Shown piece after piece: positions 56,226 to 64,000 of a DNA stretch of 64,000 nt (position 1 is the stretch's first letter; the number at the start of each line of letters is the position of its first letter). The notes beneath the pieces are model-generated. The model worked only from the letters and a program-made list of their open reading frames with translations. It did not search any database and was not told where the DNA came from. The translations under genes were made by a program, and so were the position numbers. The stretch lies in sequence record JX128257, one strand, 5' to 3'. The stretch comes from Escherichia phage ECML-4.

Positions 56226-56534
56226 ATGGGAAGTCTGATCCGTGTATCAAAGAAATCCAAGGGCGCTGAAAAGCGCCTGTACAAAGCCGTTCGCCTGATG
56301 ATCCTCTACAAGTACACTGCTGAGAATCAGTGTTGGCGAAAGAAAACACGTGCCCGATATCAGTTAGCTCAGTACAATATGAGGCGTCATGTCGTCCGGT
56401 TGGCGTTGAAGATCGCGGGGAATTACAAGTATTGGACTTGTGAGGCTGTTGGTAGCCGCAAGGCTATTGACCTCATAAATGACCGGAATCTATCTTTTCT
56501 GGTCAATCTATCGGATTATGAGGACATGTCGTGA
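56226..56534 (+). CDS. Hypothetical basic protein
   Basis: AAGAAGGA site then ATG; Arg/Lys-rich. Confidence 0.35.
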   Translation: MGSLIRVSKKSKGAEKRLYKAVRLMILYKYTAENQCWRKKTRARYQLAQYNMRRHVVRLALKIAGNYKYWTCEAVGSRKAIDLINDRNLSFLVNLSDYEDMS

Positions 56535-56860
56535 AAGTCGTCCACTTCAAGAAGGAGCCATACGACGTCTACATTGGGCGGCCTGGCAAATGGGGTAATG
56601 ACTTCGAAGTCAAAGACTATGGGCGCGGCGTTTGTATCGAGTTATTCGAAGACGATTTGTATGTGCGTTTGATTGAAGGGGAAATCACCGAGGATGAACT
56701 CCTTGAACTGGACGGAAAGATTCTAGGGTGCTGGTGTAAACCACGCCCCTGCCACGGGGATGTTTACGTCAAAGTGATCAATCGTATTAAACTATTCCGT
56801 AAGTTGGGTAAATCTTTTACTGAATATTTGAGACAAACATATGTCAGAAGAGAAAGATGA
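56531..56860 (+). CDS. DUF4326-like protein
   Basis: VYIGRPGKWGN...LGCWCKPRPCHGDV matches the DUF4326 signature (IGR...GN, CWC-P-CHGD). Confidence 0.5.
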   Translation: MKVVHFKKEPYDVYIGRPGKWGNDFEVKDYGRGVCIELFEDDLYVRLIEGEITEDELLELDGKILGCWCKPRPCHGDVYVKVINRIKLFRKLGKSFTEYLRQTYVRRER

Positions 56861-57125
56861 AATACAGATTGCTTGTGATATCGCTGTGGAATTATGGAAT
56901 CAGCGAAATAAACATCATCAGGTAGCATTGACACCAAAACGTTACCTAGAGCAAGGTGGGTTGATCGTTGTTGACGCCGTCTTGGGTTTCAACAAGTACA
57001 CAGATATGCAAATCCTCCAAGGGGATTTCATAGTGGCATCAAAATCAGCATGGGACGATCCTATGGAGTTTGTCTACGGCTGGTTAGAGTGTATTGAGGA
57101 ATCATACCATCTGATCTACGAATAA
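56841..57125 (+). CDS. Hypothetical small acidic protein
   Basis: ORF overlapping the DUF4326 gene end; hairpin follows. Confidence 0.35.
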   Translation: MSEEKDEIQIACDIAVELWNQRNKHHQVALTPKRYLEQGGLIVVDAVLGFNKYTDMQILQGDFIVASKSAWDDPMEFVYGWLECIEESYHLIYE

Positions 57126-57221
57126 GGTGAAGGGCACTAAATATCAAGTGCCCTTTATCTTTTAACCCTGTCAGGAGGCTCAATCGAGCTGCAAGTCGAC
57201 AAACACATAAGGAACGCCATC

Positions 57222-57839
57222 ATGACGATGACAACGTTGAAGGCCATGGCCTTGTCCGTGACCTTTACCATTGCCAGCGGGAGTGTGCACGCTTCCCAAA
57301 GTACCACCCAATGTGATTACGAATTTTCTGATCAGCAACTTTCAACTATGGCCACTGCCTATCACATAGGCAAACAGCAAGACCTTGGTTTCACCCTAGC
57401 CGCGATATCATGGAGGGAAAGCCGCGCCGGAGAAGATGTGGTATCCATGCGGAATAACCTGAAATCGGCTAATATGGGGGCATTCCAAAATCGCGTCCAA
57501 ACCGTTGGGAAACGGGAGGGATGCAAAACACAGAAGTGTTACGCCAACGTGGCGATTAAATTGCTGGTCAATCAAGAGTACGCAGCCAATGCAGCCCTTG
57601 ATGAAATGAATTTCTGGCTTGGGTATCATAACCAAAACATCCGCAAATCGCTCTCCTCTTACAATGCCGGTTTCAGTCGTAACCAAAAATCCAATTCATA
57701 CGCTGCTGATGTCGTGAAGAAGGCTAAATATCTTCAACGATGTGTGTCTTTCAAAGGCATGGCAATAAACCCGAAGGTCGACCCAGGAGTGATCGCCATG
57801 AATAAGCGCACGATTGAGAAACTCAAGAGGACCCGATAA
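57222..57839 (+). CDS. Lytic transglycosylase (SLT domain) with N-terminal signal or signal-anchor-release-like segment
   Basis: Catalytic region WRESRAGEDVVSMRNNLKSANMGAFQ and SYNAGFS (SLT family E-S...GxxQ...YNxG); N-terminal weakly hydrophobic Ala/Ser/Thr-rich segment MTMTTLKAMALSVTFTIASGSVHA. Confidence 0.55.
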   Translation: MTMTTLKAMALSVTFTIASGSVHASQSTTQCDYEFSDQQLSTMATAYHIGKQQDLGFTLAAISWRESRAGEDVVSMRNNLKSANMGAFQNRVQTVGKREGCKTQKCYANVAIKLLVNQEYAANAALDEMNFWLGYHNQNIRKSLSSYNAGFSRNQKSNSYAADVVKKAKYLQRCVSFKGMAINPKVDPGVIAMNKRTIEKLKRTR

Positions 57840-58477
57840 TGAATATCACTCCATCTCAGACCGGATACGAGCACTTAATGGTGTTTATTGCGATTCAGGG
57901 GGCAAAAGAAGGCATCATCAGTTCTGAATATTCTGGAACGATGCGCCTGGCTGATTATGTTGCTCCCGAAGCGTTTATCAAGAAATGTATCGACGCATGG
58001 TGCCTTTATGCTATCGGCACGTATCCTACTCCTCCGGCAGGTGAGCTACTGTTTACCGTTCCGACCCCAGCCGCTGGCGACACAGACGCGATCTTTGCTG
58101 ATATGTTGGCTAAAGGTTATCTGGCATATGATAGTGCTCACAATGTCTATGACTTCTCGGCGTTGAATCGTATCTTCGGATACACCATAACATCCGAAGC
58201 CAATATTCCCGATTATGGAATTCTGGCATGGGGTATTGACGGTCTGGGCGCGACATATGCATCTTCTGATGTTGGTCCTGTATTGATTGACACAGGTGTG
58301 ACGATGGAGCAATACATGTCACAATTCCCTCAGCATAATGTTACCGGAAGCGATATCATTATCGTCTATCCTGGTTCCAATGCGTTGTCCCGCCTGGTGG
58401 ACGGCTGGAAGCCTCAGCTGAAGGACATCGTTGCTGGAATCAGATTTCACATCCCTGTCGTCAATCCCACACCTTAA
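57839..58477 (+). CDS. Hypothetical protein (212 aa)
   Basis: Start overlaps the transglycosylase stop (TAATG), suggesting co-expression. Confidence 0.4.
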   Translation: MNITPSQTGYEHLMVFIAIQGAKEGIISSEYSGTMRLADYVAPEAFIKKCIDAWCLYAIGTYPTPPAGELLFTVPTPAAGDTDAIFADMLAKGYLAYDSAHNVYDFSALNRIFGYTITSEANIPDYGILAWGIDGLGATYASSDVGPVLIDTGVTMEQYMSQFPQHNVTGSDIIIVYPGSNALSRLVDGWKPQLKDIVAGIRFHIPVVNPTP

Positions 58478-58505
58478 AATAATTCAATAAAAGGGGCAAA
58501 CGCCC

Positions 58506-58534
58506 CTTTACTTCTTCAATAACTACCGTATAAT
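58506..58534 (+). promoter_or_regulatory. Early promoter, sigma70-type (-35 CTTTAC, 17-bp spacer, -10 TATAAT)
   Basis: Perfect TATAAT; sequence block homologous to the promoter at 23149; preceded by a terminator hairpin GGGGC-aaac-GCCCC. Confidence 0.55.
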
Positions 58535-58582
58535 TCTAAACATAAGCAGTACGACACCAACTTGAAAAGCAGGAACTACATC

Positions 58583-58951
58583 ATGACCAAAACTGAATTG
58601 AACAACATTCTAAACGTTGCTGGGTACAAGAATATTCGTCGTGGGAACAATAAAATCGCGCGTGACCGTAGCAACAAAATCATCAAGGGGTTTCCCCTGT
58701 GTAAAACTGGTCCGCTCGATATCAGCAACCCGTCCAAGCGCTTGTTTAAAGACTTATTACGTGAACTCGGCACTAAAGGCCTGGTGCTAGATAAAAAGGA
58801 TGACCTGGTTGACTTTGGCATCGCGGTTATGAAGATTGCCAAATTCAAAATAACTCTGTGCGTACAGACCATTCAGACATATGACTACTCTGAAGGCCGT
58901 GACCCGAATTACGAAACAAAATATGTCAACGTAAGGATTGAAGGGTTATAA
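58583..58951 (+). CDS. Hypothetical early protein (122 aa)
   Basis: CAGGAACTACATCATG initiation context downstream of the early promoter. Confidence 0.4.
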   Translation: MTKTELNNILNVAGYKNIRRGNNKIARDRSNKIIKGFPLCKTGPLDISNPSKRLFKDLLRELGTKGLVLDKKDDLVDFGIAVMKIAKFKITLCVQTIQTYDYSEGRDPNYETKYVNVRIEGL

Positions 58952-59032
58952 TACGAATATGCGGGGGCTTGATGCCCCTTTCTTTTCGCTAATTAAGGAA
59001 AACCGCACCGATTTATTATCAGGAGAATTACA

Positions 59033-61432
59033 ATGGCCATCCAATCTTTCTTAAATTTCCTTGACGAGTCCAAACAATTGGACGAAGCGTTTAACTCCGC
59101 TCCATACGAATTGACTTTCGGCAAGAAAAATGCTGGTGACATTTTCTTCACGTTCGTAGACGAAGATGAAAAAGAATTCCGCATCCAATTTTATACCCCG
59201 CAGGGGCTGGGCAAGAACGTTCGTCAGGTCTTCATAGGCCAGAAACGTGGTTCAACCTATCCAGACGCAATCGGTCGTTTCAAAAACCCAATGCGTGTCA
59301 TCGCATCCATGATCGAAGCGACTAAACAATTCATGGCGACACCGCTGGGTAAAACCATTGATGGGTTTGCGATTAACTTCTCCAAGAAAGCTCTAGAACG
59401 CGGAACGACGTTACTCCCAAAAATTATTCGTCAATCTGGTCTGAAGCAGAAACTCAACGTCATGGATCTGACTTATACCCCAATCCCTGACCGTGCCTTC
59501 GTATGGGTTGTGCGTAAAGGCAAGGATCCTGCTCAGGTATTTGATGGTCCGAAAATGAAAGGCGTGACTTGGGACGATCCAGACAAAGTCGGAGACGTTC
59601 CGGTTCAGAACAACACCCCTGATGTAGGAGCAGCGCCTTCCCCAAACACAGATTGGAATATCTCCGTCATGGCGAAGTCCAACGGTATCTTCAGTTCTGT
59701 TGTGAAGGTAGTCGGTGCGAACGATGTGACTCTAAGTTCCAATGATCTGGCCATCATGGTCAAAGATGGCGCGATGGCGAAGATTGCCCGCACTCAGTCG
59801 ATCGCTCAGGTGACCGTATTCAACAAAGAATATGTCGGTCGCGGTGAAGTGGATCGCAAAATCATGGCAGCTTCTGACCGTCAGGGAATGGGATGGGAAC
59901 TGAAGTCTGGTGGGAAGATCGTAGCATACGTCGAGTTTGGAATAGGGGCTACTGCTCCCGTCGACATGAAAACTCTTCCAAAAACCGGTTCTATGGATGA
60001 TCTGCGCAACCAGGGTTATATCGCCCGCATCTTGGGCATCGTCGATACATATGCTCCTCAGCAAGTCGGCATGTATGCTGGTGAAAAATTGACTCGGGTT
60101 GGTGCTGGCAAATATCGAACTTCTGGCGGGTTGGATATTCAAGTCTATTTCTGGGGGATTACTAATGGCAAACTTTCTGTAGAAGTGGTTTCTGATTTAT
60201 CTGGCAATGAACAGCTGCTGCTGGAAGGCGACGTGAAAAACGCTGCTTTTGAAATCGTCAGTGCGATATCCCGTGCTGCTGATTCTCAGTTCAAAGGTGA
60301 AGTGGAATGTCGTGTTGTTCCGATCAACGGTGCCCCATACCCGATTCAAAAGGTTTCCCGTTCCCAGGGTTATTCTTATGTCGATTGTATTTCGTTTACC
60401 TTGAAGATCGCCGATGCATTGTTAAATCGTTTTACTCTGGGTAAGGCAGTCAAACTCGATCTGATAAAAGAGTTCCCTCGAACGACGTTTATTGTTCGTT
60501 ATGACTGGCGCAGCAAAGATACTCTGATGGTCCAGTCTTCTGATGGGAAGACTATCTTCGGCGAAATCAACACAAATTCCAGTGATAACGCTGTCATCAC
60601 TGCGAACCTGAAAGCCCCAAGCAATGCGAAGATATTTGGTGAAACCGTTCATGGGTTCTCTGTGGCTTGGGACTTCCAGTTCCCTGCGGGTAGCCAGCTG
60701 CAAGCCGCACGGTTCGTTACGAACGTGACTTACGACTTCGATCGTAATAAGGCCAACATCACGACCATGCTGACCGAAAATGGCCGAAATGTAGTCAATA
60801 GCAGCGGATATGACATTCAGTTATCTGTCAAGTCTGTGCAAGATGCATTGAATGAGACTTCACAACGCCTAAAAGACGCTGCGGCTCAATTGAGCCATCT
60901 CAGTTCATCAAACTATAACCCGAACAAGCTGTTTCTGAATGATATCACCGTCAGTAAGTTTGGTGCAATTATGTTCCAAGACAAAGATCTGGCGCAGTCC
61001 AGAAACCGCACTGCAGTCATTGATGCCCTGGCTCGCGCCAAAGACCAAGCTGCTGGGGGCAAGAACAGCAGCGATCTGGCCACATATTCCGATTCCATCC
61101 GCAACAGTGCTCCCAACGGACGAGATCTTGATTGGCAGGTATACGTGACCAATAGCGGCGCAGTTCTTAACGTCGATTGGAGTATCACCTTCCGTCGCAA
61201 CACAACCGAAGGTGCATATCGTGAGTTCAAAGATCAGATTAACCGTGCCAACCAGTACCTGCAAACGGTATACAACGATGCGAAGGCGAAGGGATACAAC
61301 CCGACCGAACCGAATCTCATGACTTTGGATAGCGCCCGTCAGTCGGACGAATGGGCTATGAGCAATGGTGACAGTGCTTACAGTGAATATGAACAATCAC
61401 TGGGTGGTAATCTCCAGATCCGTCTGAAATAA
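59033..61432 (+). CDS. Large hypothetical protein (799 aa)
   Basis: CAGGAGA site; preceded and followed by terminator hairpins; no motif recognised. Confidence 0.45.
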   Translation: MAIQSFLNFLDESKQLDEAFNSAPYELTFGKKNAGDIFFTFVDEDEKEFRIQFYTPQGLGKNVRQVFIGQKRGSTYPDAIGRFKNPMRVIASMIEATKQFMATPLGKTIDGFAINFSKKALERGTTLLPKIIRQSGLKQKLNVMDLTYTPIPDRAFVWVVRKGKDPAQVFDGPKMKGVTWDDPDKVGDVPVQNNTPDVGAAPSPNTDWNISVMAKSNGIFSSVVKVVGANDVTLSSNDLAIMVKDGAMAKIARTQSIAQVTVFNKEYVGRGEVDRKIMAASDRQGMGWELKSGGKIVAYVEFGIGATAPVDMKTLPKTGSMDDLRNQGYIARILGIVDTYAPQQVGMYAGEKLTRVGAGKYRTSGGLDIQVYFWGITNGKLSVEVVSDLSGNEQLLLEGDVKNAAFEIVSAISRAADSQFKGEVECRVVPINGAPYPIQKVSRSQGYSYVDCISFTLKIADALLNRFTLGKAVKLDLIKEFPRTTFIVRYDWRSKDTLMVQSSDGKTIFGEINTNSSDNAVITANLKAPSNAKIFGETVHGFSVAWDFQFPAGSQLQAARFVTNVTYDFDRNKANITTMLTENGRNVVNSSGYDIQLSVKSVQDALNETSQRLKDAAAQLSHLSSSNYNPNKLFLNDITVSKFGAIMFQDKDLAQSRNRTAVIDALARAKDQAAGGKNSSDLATYSDSIRNSAPNGRDLDWQVYVTNSGAVLNVDWSITFRRNTTEGAYREFKDQINRANQYLQTVYNDAKAKGYNPTEPNLMTLDSARQSDEWAMSNGDSAYSEYEQSLGGNLQIRLK

Positions 61433-61451
61433 ACCATAGCCCCTTCGGGGG

Positions 61452-61458
61452 CTAAATA
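61452..61458 (+). promoter_or_regulatory. Putative late promoter element CTAAATA
   Basis: gCTAAATACATC directly after a terminator hairpin, 22 nt before the ATG at 61480. Confidence 0.4.
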
Positions 61459-61479
61459 CATCAAAATCCTTAGGAGATC

Positions 61480-62052
61480 ATGATGAAACCGTTTATCGAA
61501 TATTTTAAAGAACAAGCCCAGCAGCCGCAAACTCATGGCGGTATACAAGGCAAAAGTGTAACCATCACTAAACAAGCCGATGGAACACAATGGTGCTCCG
61601 GCGCTACCGTGACCCAGATCACTCCTGACAATCAGGCCGATGTCTATAATCTGGAATTGACTAATGGCAACACTACTAAAGTGAAACTGACGCCGGACCA
61701 GGTTCATGCGGTTTCTGTGGGCAAAGATGTTGTTGCCGTTCATGACGGATACGAATTCTTCTTTGGTAAAGACGCCAGCAAAGGCCAGGTCACAGAATCC
61801 TATGCTCAAGAACTAGCGAACATGGATAAGATGATCGGTAAAGCGCTGGGTGTCGGCAAGTCTCGCAAAAGCGGTCGCACTGAATATGAATATTCCGGCA
61901 TCCCTGGTATTGGCAAGGCCGTGGCAATCGACTTCGGCGGTGAAGATGACCCATATGTGATCGTTACTGTTGGTGGCAAGCAACAAGATATCAGTAAGGG
62001 GAAAACCCTGGCCGCGGATATCGCCAAGTACATCGGAGTGAAACCGATATAA
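61480..62052 (+). CDS. Hypothetical protein (190 aa), probable late gene
   Basis: TAGGAG site; late-promoter-like element upstream. Confidence 0.4.
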   Translation: MMKPFIEYFKEQAQQPQTHGGIQGKSVTITKQADGTQWCSGATVTQITPDNQADVYNLELTNGNTTKVKLTPDQVHAVSVGKDVVAVHDGYEFFFGKDASKGQVTESYAQELANMDKMIGKALGVGKSRKSGRTEYEYSGIPGIGKAVAIDFGGEDDPYVIVTVGGKQQDISKGKTLAADIAKYIGVKPI

Positions 62053-62114
62053 TTGTGGTGAGAAATGAAGATCCCCCTAAATACAGGGGGATTTCTTTTT
62101 CTGAGGAAACAATC

Positions 62115-62468
62115 ATGGTTAACGCGAGTATTTTCATCAACCGTGGACTGCTTGCTATAGCCCACTCTCATGCCCTCCACTTCGTTACAACGTCCTATGC
62201 CAAGCACAAGGCACTCGGGGAGTTCTACGGGGAACTGGAGGACTTGCTGGATACCTTTACAGAGGCATATATCGGCGCGGGTGGTGTATATGTCCCAGGG
62301 TTTGAGAATATTAAACTGTACAACCCAGATCCTATATCGTATGTCAATAGCGTTGTTATCGACGTAAACGGAATTTACGGTCAATGTGACAGCCATCTTC
62401 AAAATACGCTCGATGAAATCAAAACCCTGTGCTATCAGACCATCTACAAACTGAAGCAATTGTCTTAA
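62115..62468 (+). CDS. Dps/ferritin-like four-helix-bundle-like protein
   Basis: LAIAHSHALHF...HKALGEFYGELEDLLDTFTEAYIGAGG resembles the Dps signature (H...H, ExxY..EL..D...E, GG). Confidence 0.3.
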   Translation: MVNASIFINRGLLAIAHSHALHFVTTSYAKHKALGEFYGELEDLLDTFTEAYIGAGGVYVPGFENIKLYNPDPISYVNSVVIDVNGIYGQCDSHLQNTLDEIKTLCYQTIYKLKQLS

Positions 62469-62530
62469 CTCAATAGAAAATCCTTCAGGTTATAATTTGC
62501 CCATTCGTCATCAATAGGATACAGATAACA

Positions 62531-63148
62531 ATGGGCAAAATATTCATCCCTTCACATTCAGAAGGTTGTCAAATCGCAGCAAAATATCTTCACAAGCAAA
62601 TGAACTGTGGCGCTGTGTTTGTAGAACCAAATTCTTTTGATAATCGTGAGTCCCCAGACGCCATCGGTTTCAGGCCTGGCGGTTGCTCTATCCTCATGGA
62701 AGTGAAAGTTTCTCGTTCTGATTTCCTAACCGATAAAAAGAAACCACACAGAATTGATCCTTCAACAGGAATGGGGGCATACCGATTTTATGTTTGTCCC
62801 GCTGATGTGATCAAAGTTGAAGATCTCCCACCAAAGTGGGGATTATTATATTTCACTCCTCGGAAATCATTGAAGCCCGTTCACGTTCCGAATATGCAAT
62901 ACTCTTCTTTGTCTTCTCCGGAACATTATGCAAAATATTTGTCTACAGCATTAGACAAAAAGCGGTCGACAGATATTCCCCCCTATCTGTTAGGATACAA
63001 GCAGATGTTGGAAGAATTCGCCCACTTTGAACGAAATCAAGTCGCAGAGCAGAATATTCTATATGGTGCATGGAGACAGCTTTGCATAGCTCAAAGTCGC
63101 GGTGTAAATTATAATGTGACAGAAGTATTCCAAAGGCCAAATATCTGA
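62531..63148 (+). CDS. PD-(D/E)xK nuclease-fold protein
   Basis: SPDAIGF...ILMEVKVSRSDF gives the D...ExK arrangement of restriction-endonuclease-like nucleases. Confidence 0.45.
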   Translation: MGKIFIPSHSEGCQIAAKYLHKQMNCGAVFVEPNSFDNRESPDAIGFRPGGCSILMEVKVSRSDFLTDKKKPHRIDPSTGMGAYRFYVCPADVIKVEDLPPKWGLLYFTPRKSLKPVHVPNMQYSSLSSPEHYAKYLSTALDKKRSTDIPPYLLGYKQMLEEFAHFERNQVAEQNILYGAWRQLCIAQSRGVNYNVTEVFQRPNI

Positions 63149-64000
63149 TGAAATTCTTAGACGAACAATACATCAATTTCCTCGCCCCTCGACTTGACAA
63201 GTTCAGCTGGGAACGCGTAGGCGCTGTCGCCAAGTTCCGTTGCCCTCTATGCGGGGACTCCAAGAAGAGTGCCAACAAACGTCGTGGTCACTTCTTTTAT
63301 GATCGCGACGAAGATGTGTTTCGTTTTAAGTGTCACAACTGCAACGAGATGAGCGGTTGGTCGTTTGAGTTTTGGTTGAAGAAGTTTGATGAGAGATTGT
63401 ACAACGAATATAATCTTGAAAAATTCAGAATCATGGGGGACACCAATTCACGCCCCCTACAAAAACTCAAGCCATTACAGCGCCTCACCCAAACAGCGCG
63501 TATCGGCTCCCAAGTTGCCAAAAGAGATGAAGAGCACCTCGGCAACATGATACGATTAGATTTACTTGATCGTGACCATATTGCTCGTCGTTACGTGGAA
63601 GGCAGGGGAATGCCGGAGAGCGCGTTATCTCTTTTGTATTACAGCAAGAACTTCCGCGAGGATCTTTTGAATTTTGAAACAGACGTTGAAAAACAGAAGA
63701 AGATCCCTGAAGATGAACGGTTGGTTATCCCATTCTGGACTCAAGACGGTCGCATGAAGATCGTTCAGGGGCGCGCATTCGGTGATAACCTTCCTGATAA
63801 TGTGTTGCGGTACGCCACTGTCAAGCCCAAAAACGAGGATACTAAAATCTATGGGGAAGAGCGCATCATATGGAATAAGACCAAATTGGTCGTTGAAGGT
63901 CCAATTGATAGCCTGTTCCTCCCGAATTGTTTAGCAACTGCGGATGCTGACCTTCTGAGCGCCAAGGGGGATATCTATATCCCTGACAACCAATATCGAA
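63148..64000 (+). CDS. 61: DNA primase gp61, 3'-truncated at window edge
   Basis: N-terminal zinc ribbon CPLCGD...CHNC as in T4 gp61; TOPRIM-like acidic motifs further on; frame open to the window end; start overlaps the upstream stop (TGATG). Confidence 0.7.
   Translation, partial: MKFLDEQYINFLAPRLDKFSWERVGAVAKFRCPLCGDSKKSANKRRGHFFYDRDEDVFRFKCHNCNEMSGWSFEFWLKKFDERLYNEYNLEKFRIMGDTNSRPLQKLKPLQRLTQTARIGSQVAKRDEEHLGNMIRLDLLDRDHIARRYVEGRGMPESALSLLYYSKNFREDLLNFETDVEKQKKIPEDERLVIPFWTQDGRMKIVQGRAFGDNLPDNVLRYATVKPKNEDTKIYGEERIIWNKTKLVVEGPIDSLFLPNCLATADADLLSAKGDIYIPDNQYR

Noticed and set aside
61806-62459. 217-aa minus-strand ORF spanning two + strand genes
   Set aside because: The + strand ORFs have ribosome-binding sites, an upstream late-promoter-like element and a Dps-like motif; the minus ORF is low complexity and lacks a ribosome-binding site.
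1-64000. CRISPR arrays, tRNA or rRNA genes, integrase or attachment sites
   Set aside because: No direct-repeat/spacer periodicity was seen; every intergenic gap over 80 bp was inspected and none has a tRNA-like cloverleaf or length; no recombinase-like ORF was found. The window appears to be internal to a lytic phage genome.

Overview
This 64-kb window is a contiguous segment of a lytic T4-like myovirus genome (gp23-type capsid), with almost all genes on the + strand. No host flank, integrase, rRNA, tRNA or CRISPR array was seen. All calls rest on reading the six-frame translations and the DNA by eye; no database search was run. Layout: (1) a 5'-truncated Asp-box/BNR tail protein and a 1612-aa structural protein (2-6636); (2) a T4-like late module with neck gp13/14/15, terminase gp16/17, sheath gp18, tube gp19, portal gp20, prohead proteins, protease gp21, scaffold gp22 and capsid gp23 (7249-21509); (3) accessory small genes (21.6-26.8 kb); (4) uvsY, a RecB-like nuclease and uvsW (26.9-29.6 kb); (5) gp45, gp44, gp62 and regA, followed by a MazG-like protein and two large unknown proteins (30.3-37.3 kb); (6) a second accessory region with a vWA protein, an ACP-like protein, a ParB-like protein, secreted proteins and a LysM/membrane/SPFH-lipoprotein operon (37.3-48.5 kb); (7) HU, an XPD/DinG-like helicase, RNase HI, gp55, gp47, gp46, an SLT transglycosylase and the 5' end of primase gp61 (48.5-64 kb). 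Gene order differs from T4, so this is a distant relative; genus and host cannot be assigned from sequence alone. Most interesting: a 159-aa mini-intein in the terminase P-loop, an ACP-like protein with Asp in place of the phosphopantetheine serine, tandem GIY-YIG homing endonucleases between sheath and tube genes, a phage-encoded SPFH-lipoprotein operon, a candidate nucleotide/DNA-modification cluster after regA, and a CTAAATA late-promoter motif that differs from T4 TATAAATA.
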